Assembly: GCA_963799845.1 (NCBI GenBank) | Contig: CAWCYI010000007.1 | Span: 64,001-128,000, forward strand | Source: an uncultured Nitrososphaerota archaeon | GTDB lineage: Archaea; Thermoproteota; Nitrososphaeria; Nitrososphaerales; CADDZS01 | DNA length: 64,000 nucleotides | Direction of reading: 5' to 3' | Notes under the pieces: model-generated | The model's database searches: none | What the model was told of the DNA's origin: nothing | Seen by the model: the letters and a program-made list of their open reading frames with translations, nothing else | Position numbers and translations under genes: made by a program | Shown: positions 1-10,387 of the stretch, piece by piece | Numbering within the stretch: position 1 is the stretch's first letter | Layout: the number at the start of each line of letters is the position of its first letter

Positions 1-789
1 AGACTCGTTGGGGACGTTTGCGCGGAACAACTTAGCGGACACCCCGGAATGTCCTGAACTCCTGATGTAAAATTCGATTGACCAATAACTAGACTCTCAC
101 TTTCCCCCGTGGTAAGAGGAGACTTGAATTCGACGACTCTATCATATCCTGTATCTGCGACCCACAGATTACCTGAAGAATCAAACGCTATCCCGGTTGG
201 CATATTAAGATCAGACTGAGTCGCGGTACTATCCGGATTGCTGCCAGCAGTAAAATTCTCCTGCCCCAGCACTACACTTTCGTTTTCTCCGTTGGTAAAG
301 GGTGCCATGAATTCAACGATTCTATCACTAGTGCTATCACTCACCCACAAGTTGCCCGACGAGTCAAAGGCAAGGCCGGAAGGCTCAGTCAAATCTGTTT
401 GATTAGGGGCAGCTGAAAGATCCCGAAGAGACGAAATTTGACGAACCTAGAACAGTGCTGGCACTTTCCCCGCTGGTAAACGGCTGTGCAAATTCCAAGA
501 CTCTGCCGTTACTTGAATCGACTACCCAAAGATTGCCGTGTGAGTCAAATGTCAAGGCGTACGGAGAAAGTAGGCTGGATTGGGTGGGAGGCGTAGTCCC
601 GTTTCTAGAGGCGAAATTGTTGAAACCGATAACGGTCGACGCACTCTGTCCATTCGCAAACGCGTACGCGCGAGGAGTTGCGACAACGGATGAGCTCAGA
701 AAAATAATGAATATCGCCAAACCCGACGTAAATGTGAAGAGATTCCTTTTCCCGAACTTGGTTTGAAGAATGCTGGTTTTTCGAGTCAT
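1..789 (-). CDS. Secreted NHL-repeat (beta-propeller) surface protein, 3'-truncated by the window edge, one frameshift near 415
   Basis: N-terminal signal-like hydrophobic stretch. Repeats P.(G/A)L(A/T)FDS.GNLWV.D...R(V/I).EF..P(F/L)T.GE continue in another frame from about 414 to position 1 (PSGLAFDSSGNLWVSD, PTGIAFDSSGNLWVAD). Confidence 0.85.
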
Positions 790-1885
790 CTTCTATGCAG
801 CTTTCGCCTGGTTAGAACATGGGATCGAGTTAAACTTTTTGCGCAACAGGCCAGAATCTCTTATCAAACAATTATTTCGCTCCATAGTCAACAAGGTTAG
901 GCTGGGGGACTATTGGAGGAGCATCTGGAAGAAGCATGGCTATGGGTCAAGAAAGCTTTCAGAGGAAAAGGTGGTGTGGGTGGTCAAGGCTAGAGAGAGC
1001 GGCCTTGCAGCCAGGGATATCGCATCAACCCAGAACATCACCGTGAGAAGAGTGGAGCAGCTTTATGCCCAATACAGGGAATCCGGAGAGATACCATCTC
1101 TCAAGAAGGCAGGCAGAAAAAGAATCGAGATCCCAATTGAGGAGAGGAATGCGATCATCGAAGCTTCAAGGAAGTTTGGCGTCGGAGCCTGCTACCTCGT
1201 TTCAATCCTCAAGAGAGATTACGGCATCGATGAAACAAACCACATGCGAGTCTATAGCGTATTGAAGGAGGAAGGATTGTTGTACAATACAGCAAGGACG
1301 CGCTTCAAGCGCAAGTGGATCAGATATGAAAGGGAGCATTCCAATTCGTTGTGGCACGTCGATTGGCACGAGATGAAATCGTCAGTATACAGGGGCAAGT
1401 GGCTGGTAATCTACGAGGATGACGCATCGAGGTACATCCTGGGTTATGGCGTGTTTGACTCTCCGTCGTCTGAAAATGCAGTGAGCGTCCTGAAGGAAGC
1501 GATCAGGGAACATGGCAGACCAGCATCAATCCTCTCAGACAGAGGTACATCCTTCTATGCGGTCGAAGCTGAAACAAAAACGAAAGGTCTCACTGAATTC
1601 GAGCTCTATCTGATGAGGAATCACATCAAACATATTCTTTCAAGAGTGAGACATCCCCAAACCAATGGAAAATTGGAGAAGCTCTTTGATACGGTTGAAA
1701 GAGGACTCGCGAAGGGATTCTCTCCGATTGAGGAGTGCGTACGCTGGTACAACTGCATCAAGCCCCACGGAGCCCTTGATCTGGAGAGAGCTGAAACTCC
1801 ACTGGAAGCCTACTACAGGAAGATGGAAATAAAAGAGGAACTCATAGATCCTTCAATCATGTGGGAGAGCGAAATGATTCTTTGA
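770..1885 (+). CDS. IS481-family DDE transposase (true start lies inside the element, probably about 936-971)
   Basis: N-terminal HTH and rve-type core WHVDW...LSDRG...PQTNGKLEKLF. The stop lies in the right TIR. The 770 start is outside the element. Confidence 0.9.
   Translation: MLVFRVIFYAAFAWLEHGIELNFLRNRPESLIKQLFRSIVNKVRLGDYWRSIWKKHGYGSRKLSEEKVVWVVKARESGLAARDIASTQNITVRRVEQLYAQYRESGEIPSLKKAGRKRIEIPIEERNAIIEASRKFGVGACYLVSILKRDYGIDETNHMRVYSVLKEEGLLYNTARTRFKRKWIRYEREHSNSLWHVDWHEMKSSVYRGKWLVIYEDDASRYILGYGVFDSPSSENAVSVLKEAIREHGRPASILSDRGTSFYAVEAETKTKGLTEFELYLMRNHIKHILSRVRHPQTNGKLEKLFDTVERGLAKGFSPIEECVRWYNCIKPHGALDLERAETPLEAYYRKMEIKEELIDPSIMWESEMIL
842..856. repeat. Left target-site duplication of the IS (CGCAACAGGCCAGAA)
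   Basis: Exact 15-bp direct repeat of 1893-1907, abutting the terminal inverted repeat. Confidence 0.9.
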
Positions 1886-1892
1886 TAGAACA
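857..1892 (+). mobile_element. IS481-family insertion sequence (1036 bp)
   Basis: Imperfect 26-bp TIRs (left TCTCTTATCAAACAATTATTTCGCTC; right reverse complement TGTTCTATCAAAGAATCATTTCGCTC; 21/26 identical), flanking 15-bp direct repeat, single DDE transposase. Confidence 0.9.
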
Positions 1893-1907
1893 CGCAACAG
1901 GCCAGAA
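1893..1907. repeat. Right target-site duplication of the IS
   Basis: Identical to 842-856. Confidence 0.9.
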
Positions 1908-2152
1908 CAAAAGTTACAAAACTTTCTTCCAGTATTCGAATTCCGTTTTCGAATCTCTGCAAAATGGACAAGCCACACATCGAAATCATTCGAGAAATGG
2001 CCGAGGCTTAGACCATGTACGTCGCGTCCCGTACTCTAACTGCTGATCGAAAGAGGTCAATTGCTTAGAAATGCAATCAGATCGCTGAAAAGGGCTATAG
2101 CTATTCGAGTGCCTTGACTTAATAGCGCGCGTTTTCGATTGGACAGAGAGGG

Positions 2153-2887
2153 ATGAATGAGATGGTAAGTCTGACAGATGAAAAAATAATTCAAGAGTTG
2201 CGAAAATTCGATACGGCGACTATTTGCAACGTCGTGGCAACTTATCCGGACAGCGACATATGCCTCAAGCTTTACGATTCTTGGAGAGGAGAGTACTATA
2301 CTGATACCTCGATACGGTGCATTTACCCAGAGTACGGTCCGGTTTGCGGTTATGCGGCGACCGCCTGGTACTCTGACGAGACTTGGGAAAACACGAAACT
2401 TGACCCGTGGTTACTCTACGAGCACTTGGAGAGAACTAAACGACCAGTCGTCCTCGTAGCAAGGCAGACGTATTCTCCTGGCCTGGAAAAGCTGGCGGGA
2501 TTGTTTGGAGGAATGATGACGACCGAATTCAAGGCCTTCGGAGTCGTAGGCGTTCTTACAGATGGCCCCATGAGAGATTATGTCGAGATCAAAGATTCCG
2601 GAATACAGTATCTTGCAACCGGAATGACTTCCGGACATGGGCCTGTCCAGCTCAGGGGCGCTGGAATCCCAATCAATATTGCTGGACTCTCAGTTTCCCC
2701 TGGAGATGTAATTCACATGGACCAGTGCGGTGCATGCAAGTTCCCCGCAGAAAAACTTCCAAAAGTCCTTGAATATGCCACCGAGCTGATTCGAAGGGAA
2801 ACGGAAGGAAAGAAAAGATTCCAAGATCCTAATTTTTCTCTGACAAAATGGAAGAATGATGTCAAGGGAAAACGAGCGGAAAAGTAA
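2153..2887 (+). CDS. RraA family / HMG aldolase-like protein
   Basis: DTATICN N-terminus, FGGMM...GVVGVLTDGPMRD, VSPGDVIHMD motifs. Confidence 0.8.
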   Translation: MNEMVSLTDEKIIQELRKFDTATICNVVATYPDSDICLKLYDSWRGEYYTDTSIRCIYPEYGPVCGYAATAWYSDETWENTKLDPWLLYEHLERTKRPVVLVARQTYSPGLEKLAGLFGGMMTTEFKAFGVVGVLTDGPMRDYVEIKDSGIQYLATGMTSGHGPVQLRGAGIPINIAGLSVSPGDVIHMDQCGACKFPAEKLPKVLEYATELIRRETEGKKRFQDPNFSLTKWKNDVKGKRAEK

Positions 2888-2973
2888 CCGTCGAAACTTC
2901 AGCGTCAGCTCCTTTGAAAAAATCTATTGAACCAATTAGATTCTTGATTGGGTTCAGGAATATCTAACTAGAA

Positions 2974-3635
2974 CTATTTCGGTGGGGAGCGAAGTTTTTG
3001 GATTTCTCTGATTACGTCGGTACCTCTTCGCCTAATTGATGAAGTGATGAATGGAAAGATCCACAAGTCGTACCTCAATGGCCGGCCCCCAATTCCTTGA
3101 ATTGTGAGAGGTATGAAAGCCGATCCTAAGAAAATCGCTCCTGAAACATACAACGCGATTGCCTCGTACGTGAATTCACTTAACAGATCTTTAGGAAGTA
3201 GTTTCTTTTGCTCATCAGCGAGGACGGATGTAAAAAATCCAAGGATAAGTAACATTACCCCGAGATCGATTGCATAAGCGATGGAAACAACGTTGGAAAA
3301 TCACCGGGGATTGCTCGGAGCTGAACTAGGGGATCTCACGAGGTTGAAGAGGAAAGATTCTATCGAAACGGTAAAAAGTAGCAGTGTGTTGAGCGAGATG
3401 CTACGTCGATTTTCAATAGGGAGGACGACATTATCTTCGTGTATCTCATCCACACTGAGATCAGAATAAGAAAGCCGAAATCAAAAGCTAAGATGTCATT
3501 GTAGAGAGCACCACCGGTCGTGGGAGGATTGCCGACTAGAGTAATCGCACCAACGGAGAGTGCCAATCCAAAGATCATATCAGACAGAGACTCGATCCTG
3601 GGCCTCGGACGGGTTTCAGTTTGAGAGTCAGACAT
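2974..3635 (-). pseudogene. TMEM175-family K+ channel, interrupted (frameshift near 3427 and in-frame TGA at 3303-3301)
   Basis: RIESLSDMIFGLALS TM1 motif. The corrected frame reads MSVLPIENRRSISLNTLLLFTVS...NPR*FSNVVSIAYAIDLGVMLLILG and joins ORF 2974..3255. Confidence 0.7.
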
Positions 3636-3767
3636 TGGGTATACGAAGCCGTCTTTAGTGGTTTAAGCTTACCAGACTTCTCAAATCCACTTTCGGCCAA
3701 TGATGAAAGCTAAAGAACTAATTGCCAATCACCAAACTGAATTAATGATCACGGGGAAGTTTCGATT

Positions 3768-4445
3768 GTGAGTTCTGAAGTTCACCATGTAGTTCCCGGG
3801 TTAGGCAAGGGAAGACTAGAGTCCCTCACCGACGGTATTTTCGGAACTGTAATGACGGTACTTGTCTTGAGCTTGACCATTCCCATCATAACGACAAACT
3901 CGGGGCTTGCATCGGAGAACGCCCAACTGGCTGCAGCCCTAAACGCTCTGTATCCGAATATCTTGAGCTACGTAATTAGTTTTGCAATTCTCGGAACATT
4001 CTGGATCAGGCATCACAGCATGTTCCATTACGTTATCAGAGTCGATCGGGTCCTTCTATGGCTCAACATCCTCTTTCTTTTGACGATTGGATTCATCCCG
4101 TTCTCAACCGCCCTAATTGGACTTTACTTTTACCTCCAGATACCACTCGTAATTTATGGAGCCAATCTGACCGCGACGAGCATTACCTCGCAGTTTCTCT
4201 GGTTTTACGCTACTGGCAAGAAGCTTCTTTCACCGGATTTGATTGATGAGAAAATAATGTCAAGAATCAATCGTAGGATAGTCTTCGGCCCGCTGGCATA
4301 CGTGGTTGGAATCGCGGTTTCGTTCTATTCGACGCAAATTACCATTCTGATATACATTGCAGCCTTGATATTTCTCATCATCAATAGTACGGTTGGTTAC
4401 CGGGTAAAGCATGGAGAAAACGTCAATCGTGAGCATCCATCCTAG
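3768..4445 (+). CDS. TMEM175-family potassium channel
   Basis: RLESLTDGIFGTVMTVLVL, SYVISF...FWIRHH, WLNILFLLTIGFIPFST; about six TM helices. Confidence 0.9.
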   Translation: MSSEVHHVVPGLGKGRLESLTDGIFGTVMTVLVLSLTIPIITTNSGLASENAQLAAALNALYPNILSYVISFAILGTFWIRHHSMFHYVIRVDRVLLWLNILFLLTIGFIPFSTALIGLYFYLQIPLVIYGANLTATSITSQFLWFYATGKKLLSPDLIDEKIMSRINRRIVFGPLAYVVGIAVSFYSTQITILIYIAALIFLIINSTVGYRVKHGENVNREHPS

Positions 4446-4525
4446 TTCGCGTCAGACTTGAATGTTCGCCCCTAAGATCTCCTTCAAGTTTCAAGAAAAA
4501 TAAAATCGAAATCGTCCGAGGATTT

Positions 4526-4792
4526 TCAGGTTCCGACGTAGGTACCTCGTGCTTCTACTGGGGTTAGACACTCGACGGCCACGAAACCGCACTTGAGGCA
4601 GATTGCCAGCACTTTAGGGACCAGTAATCGGTTCTTGATGTAGTCCCATTCAAGCGCGTCCAGGTCGTCGGGTACTATCACGGGAGGGTTCTCTAGAATA
4701 TCGAGCCTAATGTCGCAGTTAGGGCAGACTTTCCCGACGAGTGCAAGTGTGGAAGTCGGTTTACTCCTGGCGACCTTTCCTTCCGGTCTCAA
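4526..4792 (-). CDS. Small Zn-ribbon hypothetical protein
   Basis: CPNC...CLKCG motif pair. Confidence 0.55.
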   Translation of the reverse strand: MRPEGKVARSKPTSTLALVGKVCPNCDIRLDILENPPVIVPDDLDALEWDYIKNRLLVPKVLAICLKCGFVAVECLTPVEARGTYVGT

Positions 4793-4846
4793 ACGATATC
4801 CAGGGCTCGAAAACGTCGCGACCGCAATAAAAGATATTGCGCGACG

Positions 4847-5785
4847 CTACTTGCTGAGCAATCTCCAGGACATCACGATCCCTACGATGGAGAAGAAAGC
4901 CGCGAACCCTAATACGACGGAGAAGTCCATCCAGAGAGGATACGACCCCGTCGCGCCTATCAGGAGCTGGCGTATGGCATCGATAGAGTAGCTAATTGGA
5001 TTGACCTTAACGACGTCCTGCAGCCACGTCGGCATTATCTTCACCGGAAACAAGGCATTGCTGGCGAAGAGCAACGGAAGGTTTAGCAGGTTAATTATTG
5101 CCATCTGAGTCTGCCAATTACTCGATCTCAGCGAAAGCATGACGAACAGTCCAGAGAGCGCCATAGCGACCAAGAAGATTACCACGAATGTTCCCGCTAT
5201 CCCAAGCACCGAGAAGTTACTCGTCTCCATGCCAAGGGCTATCCCAATCAAAAGAACGGCCACGGCCTGAATCAGCGAGCGTCCCACACTCTGGAGAATC
5301 TTACCCATTACTATCGTCCCTCGGCTCACGGGTGTACTCAGTGCCTTATTCATGAAGCCGAACCTTCTGTCCCAGACGACTGACATGCCACTAAACGCAG
5401 AGTTGAAGAGGACAATGAAGACCACCATTCCACAAACTAGGTATGAAAAGTAACTGGTCGTACCGAAAAGCTCTGCAGGATTGCGTTGGCGTTGACGCCA
5501 GGTCCAGCCCCTGCCGTGATGAAAGATGTGAAGTTTAGGGCTTTTCCGAATAATCCCATCCAGATCACTGGTTGCACAAGCGAAATTATCAACTGATAGG
5601 GATTTGTGTACCACTTTCTCAAGTCTCTATTTGTCAAAGCCCATAGTCCATGAGTCGGATTTGTATTCAGCTTTGGGTTCGGCCTCGCCACCGCCTGTTC
5701 AGGAGCTGACAGCTGACCTAGGCCTTTCCAACGTAGAGTCTTGCGCTGCGATCTCCTTGATCGCAGGCTGTGATTTTTCTTCCAA
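4847..5785 (-). CDS. ABC-2 type exporter permease (DrrB-like), frameshifts near 5708 and 5468
   Basis: RDLRKW...SLVQPVIW in one frame joins GMSVVWDRRFGFMNKALSTPVSR...NPISYSIDAIR in another. TTG at 5785 has a GGAGGAG Shine-Dalgarno and becomes in frame if one base is removed near 5708. Confidence 0.85.
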
Positions 5786-5799
5786 AATCGATCTCCTCC

Positions 5800-6834
5800 C
5801 TAGGACCTCGCCGTCCGCATAGTCCTTCTTTGACTCATCATTGCCCACTTATTAGTCTCCTCTTCTCTGAGGGTGCGTCCAGTGAGCTCGAGATATGCTT
5901 CGTCGAGGGTGGGTTTTGTCAGAGAGATTTTCATGACGTGCATCCCTTTCGATCGAATAAGATCAATGATTTCTGGGGAAGCTTCCTCTCCCGCATCCGC
6001 TTTTATGCGGTAGTCGTTGCCGGTCTTGGTGACCGCTTTTACCAGATCGATTTTAGCAATATCCGCCGAGATGTCGGGTTCCGCTTCTTTGACCCCTATG
6101 ACAATAACATCTCCTCCAACGGTGGCCTTGAGCTCCTCGGGAGTGCCTATTTTGATTATGTGACCGTGGTCGATGATCGCGATCCGGTCGCAAAGAGAGT
6201 CTGCCTCTTCGAGGTAGTGGGTTGTCATGAAGAGCGTCATGTTGTAGTCCTGTTTGAGCTGGCGGATGTATTTCCAGACAGCAGCGCGCGTCTGGACATC
6301 GAGTCCGAGCGTCGGCTCGTCTAGGAAAAGAAGCTTGGGATAGTTGATGAGGCCGCAGGCAAGCTCCAACCTCCTACGCATTCCGCCGGAGAAAGTGCTC
6401 ACCTTTCTCTTTGCCGCGTCCTGAAGTTCAACCAAGTCGAGTAGTTCGACCGCATGGGCCTTCGAATCACTCCGAGGAATACCGTAAAGATCTCCGCAGA
6501 GCAGTATGTTTTCGTAGCCGGTCATGTCTTCGTCAGCCGTGTAATCTTGCGGGACAACCCCGACGCTTCGCCGCACTTCGTTGGCTTGTTTGTGTATGTC
6601 AAAACCACAGACCTCTGCTTTGCCTGAGGTCGGAGGCAGCAATGTGGTTAGCATATTGATCGTGGTGCTCTTTCCAGCACCGTTGGGTCCTAGAAACCCG
6701 AAAATCTCTCCCTCCTTCACCTCAAAACTGATACCGTCAACGGCTTTCGTCTTGCCATCGAAGCTCTTGCTCAGGTTTTCCACCTTGACGATAGAATTTC
6801 CTTCTTTTTCAACCATAGATTGATTTGTCATCAT
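5800..6834 (-). CDS. ABC exporter ATP-binding subunit (DrrA-like)
   Basis: Walker A GPNGAGKST, signature FSGGM, Walker B LLFLDEPT, H-loop TTHY. Confidence 0.95.
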   Translation of the reverse strand: MMTNQSMVEKEGNSIVKVENLSKSFDGKTKAVDGISFEVKEGEIFGFLGPNGAGKSTTINMLTTLLPPTSGKAEVCGFDIHKQANEVRRSVGVVPQDYTADEDMTGYENILLCGDLYGIPRSDSKAHAVELLDLVELQDAAKRKVSTFSGGMRRRLELACGLINYPKLLFLDEPTLGLDVQTRAAVWKYIRQLKQDYNMTLFMTTHYLEEADSLCDRIAIIDHGHIIKIGTPEELKATVGGDVIVIGVKEAEPDISADIAKIDLVKAVTKTGNDYRIKADAGEEASPEIIDLIRSKGMHVMKISLTKPTLDEAYLELTGRTLREEETNKWAMMSQRRTMRTARS

Positions 6835-6843
6835 TTTCGATAA

Positions 6844-7441
6844 TCACTTCCTCGTCCTAATTTCCACTGAAGGCTTGATCTCCCTCAGTGCCTCGTTAGC
6901 CCATTCAAGCTGGCGTTCGAGATTTAGGACGTATTCCTTCAAAATGTACTCCCTGTCCTTCGGAGGTATCACATTCATCTTGCTTGAGATGATCTCTTGA
7001 GCTGAGCTCAAACTGTTCCTTCGTGCCTTCGCTCATGAAACGCAACATGTCCTCAGGCTGGATTAGCTCGACGAAGAGTCGCCGCATTGCCATCCAGTTC
7101 CTTCCTGAGTTGCGGAGCATCTTTTCGTCTTCCTTGATAAATTCCAACCCGTTTGGCGTGATCGAGTAGACCTTTCTGTCCGCGCCGCGTGCGCCTGCAG
7201 CTGCCTTGATGTAGCCTTTGGTGACAAGTTTCTTGAGTATCGGGTATATCGATCCCGCACCGGGCCTCCAGGCACCCTCGGTCTTGCTGTCTATATCCTG
7301 GAGAATCTCGTAGCCGTGACACGGACTCTGAGAAATCTTATGTAGCATGTAGTGAAGCAGCAAACCTCTAGGAGCTCCCTGTGGATGCGTCAACGATTTA
7401 GTATCTTCATGTTCGTGCAATTCATTCGGATTGTTATTCAA
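6844..7441 (-). CDS. PadR-family transcriptional regulator, frameshift near 7004
   Basis: HGYEIL...WRPGAGSIYPILKKL...RKVYSITPNG. The corrected C-terminus ELAQEIISSKM...LERQLEWANEALREIK ends at TGA 6846-6844. Confidence 0.9.
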
Positions 7442-7520
7442 TTATATGAATATATACATATATCGCATCAGACATAGTTATATAGTCTGCAATTTACTCA
7501 GTTTAAAATTAATAGAATAC

Positions 7521-9008
7521 GTGACCGAGATTTTGGAAGAAAACCAACCGCCGTCTGAGAAACTTGTTGCTCCGAAGCAGCCACAATTTGATTCGAAGTA
7601 TGCTAACAGGAACCTAATCCTGTTCGCGATACTCGCTGCCTCGGTCATGTACATCGAGATCATGTTGACTCCTTCGTTGCCAAAAATCCAATCAGATTAC
7701 GGAGTTACTAGCGGCCAAGTAAGCTTGATCCTCGCGCTCTACACAGTTTTCGGGACCGCTATAAACCCCATAGTAGGAAAACTGGGGGATATTTATGGGA
7801 AAAAGAAGATCCTCACTATTGTTCTGATTACCTATTCTATTACGGTCACGATGACTTCCTTTTCTCCGACATTCAATATTCTTCTTATTTCTAGGACCCT
7901 TCAGGGAATCGGGCTTGGAATATTCCCGCTAGCTTTCAGTCTAGTGCGAGAGCAGTTTCCTCGTGAACTCGTGCCGAAGGCCCAAGGTTTGCTTAGTGCA
8001 ATGTTCGGAGCCGGCCTAGCCCTCGGACTACCGGTTGGAGCTTTCGTCGCAAATGCATACGGTTGGCAGACAAATTACCACATAGCGACACCAGTTGTCC
8101 TTGCTCTTACAATTCTGATTGCCTTCACGGTCAAAGAGTCAGTATACAAGAATCCAAAGGCAAAGATGGATTATGTCGGGGCTGGAATCCTGGGGCTTGC
8201 CCTCGGAATGATAGTCCTCGGTCTCTCCGAAGGATCGGTCTGGGGTTGGACTTCGACACCGGTACTGGGTCTCATAATTATCGGAGTATTACTTTTCGTT
8301 CCGCTTGTGCCCTACGAAAGGCGGTTGAAAGAACCAGTGCTTGATTTTGTCCAGCTAAAGATAAGGAACGTTCTTGTCTCGAATATGATCGGGCTCATAA
8401 CGGGTCTCGCCATGCTGCTTGCATTCCAGTCCATAGTCTTTCAGCTTGAAGATATCAAGCCGGCTGGTTACGGCTTTGATATCTTTACGGCAGGGGTTTA
8501 TTTGTTGCCGCTGGCGATTGTTATGCTGATCGTTGCCTATCCGGTTGGGATACTGATTTCCAAATATGGTGTCAAACCATTCTTGATCGCAGGCAGCGTA
8601 ATCGGCGCAGTCGGATTCCTTCTCATTTCGACTGCAACCACTGCAATCCAGATACCCGAGTATCTTTCGGTCGCTTCAGTGGGGCTAGCAATGCTGATGG
8701 TGTCGATGCAAAATTTGCTTGTGCTTACTGTAAAACCGAAGGAAATGGGCCTTGCAACTTCGATGAATACAGTGTTCAGAAACGTTGGGAGCAGTTTCGG
8801 CGCTCCGATTGCGGGTTCGATTCTCTCGACTTTCACGATAACTTTCGTTCTGGGCGGTCTAAGTTTGGCGCTTCCCACAAGAGCTGCTTTCCAGTACACG
8901 TACTACGTCGCGGCAATTGCATTCGTCCTCGCATTAGTCGCTTCTCTGTTTGCGAAAGAAGTAATGGGTAAGAAGGTAAAACAAGAAGCTCCCGTAAACA
9001 TAGACTAG
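7521..9008 (+). CDS. MFS transporter, DHA2/14-TMS drug:H+ antiporter-like
   Basis: Motif A GKLGDIYGKK, RTLQGIG, about 14 hydrophobic segments. Start is GTG 7521 or TTG 7533 downstream of TTTAAA at 7502. Confidence 0.9.
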   Translation: MTEILEENQPPSEKLVAPKQPQFDSKYANRNLILFAILAASVMYIEIMLTPSLPKIQSDYGVTSGQVSLILALYTVFGTAINPIVGKLGDIYGKKKILTIVLITYSITVTMTSFSPTFNILLISRTLQGIGLGIFPLAFSLVREQFPRELVPKAQGLLSAMFGAGLALGLPVGAFVANAYGWQTNYHIATPVVLALTILIAFTVKESVYKNPKAKMDYVGAGILGLALGMIVLGLSEGSVWGWTSTPVLGLIIIGVLLFVPLVPYERRLKEPVLDFVQLKIRNVLVSNMIGLITGLAMLLAFQSIVFQLEDIKPAGYGFDIFTAGVYLLPLAIVMLIVAYPVGILISKYGVKPFLIAGSVIGAVGFLLISTATTAIQIPEYLSVASVGLAMLMVSMQNLLVLTVKPKEMGLATSMNTVFRNVGSSFGAPIAGSILSTFTITFVLGGLSLALPTRAAFQYTYYVAAIAFVLALVASLFAKEVMGKKVKQEAPVNID

Positions 9009-9100
9009 ATTCTTGGCACTGGTCGGAAGTCTGAATTTGCTCAGATCCCGTTCAAGCTAAAATACCAAGAGAGAGCCCCTGGTACTGGGGTCTTTCGAAT

Positions 9101-9955
9101 TTGGTCAGACGCAGCCAACTTTTTGTGCCAGCAAACGAAGAGAAGAAGATTAGAAAATCCGTTTCACTCGAAGCGGATTCCATAATTTTCGACCTGGAGG
9201 ATTCTGTTCCTGACGAGGCCAAGGCAGGCGCTAGAGGCTTGCTTTCCAGCTTGCTGAATGAACTCGACTGGGGAGCGAGGGAACTATGCGTTAGAATCAA
9301 TAGAATTACCGAAGGTTACTCCACAGAAGATCTAGAGGCCGTCTCGAAAATGGAAAAAATAGATTCGATCGTCCTTCCCAAGATCGAAGTAGAATCCTCG
9401 CGAGTCTTCGAGAAAACGGGGAAAAAGATTATCGCGCTTATCGAGACCGCTCGTGGACTGCTGCGTTTGCGGGAGATCGCCGAGTCGAAAGGGCTGGTAG
9501 CTATAAGTTTTGGACCTCAGGACTATGCGAACTCAGTTCGCGGGGATGTAAGCGTATACAGTTCGAACCTCTACGTCAGGACGGCAATTGTTGCAGCGGC
9601 ACGCGCAAATGACCTCGATCCAATCGATGGGGTGTATTTTGATCTAGCGGATCTGTCTGGATTTAGAGCAGAGGCAATGAGCGCACGAGAACTGGGCTTC
9701 TCAGGAAAACAAGTAGTTCATCCCTCCCAGATTGACGTCGCAAATGAAGTCTTTAGTCCCAGTGCAGAAGAACTATTGGAGGCAACGAGGATTGTCAAAA
9801 TTTACGAGAACGCCAGCAAAGAAAGTACGGGAGCGCTGCGAGTCAACGACCGCTTAATCGATGCCGTCCATTACAGGCGAGCAAAGGATCTTCTCGAACA
9901 GTCGAAAGGACAAAGAAGTCAAGTCAAGGCAGCAGAACATACTGGTAAAACCTGA
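9101..9955 (+). CDS. citE: CitE / HpcH-HpaI family CoA-ester lyase
   Basis: RRSQLFVP, IFDLEDSV, VRIN, LIETARG, GFSGKQVVHPSQI. Confidence 0.85.
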   Translation: MVRRSQLFVPANEEKKIRKSVSLEADSIIFDLEDSVPDEAKAGARGLLSSLLNELDWGARELCVRINRITEGYSTEDLEAVSKMEKIDSIVLPKIEVESSRVFEKTGKKIIALIETARGLLRLREIAESKGLVAISFGPQDYANSVRGDVSVYSSNLYVRTAIVAAARANDLDPIDGVYFDLADLSGFRAEAMSARELGFSGKQVVHPSQIDVANEVFSPSAEELLEATRIVKIYENASKESTGALRVNDRLIDAVHYRRAKDLLEQSKGQRSQVKAAEHTGKT

Positions 9956-10018
9956 AGATGCGGAATCCAGCGAATAGTTTTTCTGCGGAAGGTTTACCAA
10001 TGATACACAACTAGGTGA

Positions 10019-10312
10019 TTGAATCTGGAACAACCGATATTACCTGATATGAAGGGCCAGGAGATGAACTGCATCGAATGTGGAGAAAAAATGTTTTTTT
10101 CTGAGGAAAACTTGGTTCATGTTTGCTTGAACGAATCGCACGGAATCCTTTGCTACTTTCTCGGAGATAGCTGCTGGTTTGCAGCCAAGGAGGAAACGGC
10201 ACTTGATTTGTCAAAGAAGGGTATAAAGTACCACTTCATTCCGCAGTCAATATTCGAGAACGCCGGCATTGGTGCGAATTTTGAGTGCGACTATTCAGCG
10301 AAAAAATACTGA
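10019..10312 (+). CDS. Cys-rich hypothetical protein
   Basis: CIECG...VCLNESHG putative Zn site. Confidence 0.55.
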   Translation: MNLEQPILPDMKGQEMNCIECGEKMFFSEENLVHVCLNESHGILCYFLGDSCWFAAKEETALDLSKKGIKYHFIPQSIFENAGIGANFECDYSAKKY

Positions 10313-10387
10313 ATATATTACTGAACTAGGTTCCCGGAAGTACCATTTCACTAGCCGATTGTTTTGACTAAACGCATTAGGACACGG

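Noticed and set aside
3301-3303. In-frame TGA as selenocysteine
   Set aside because: It falls in a loop of a K+ channel, not at a catalytic Cys position. It is flanked by CCCC and TTTT runs where compensating indels would give NPGDF.
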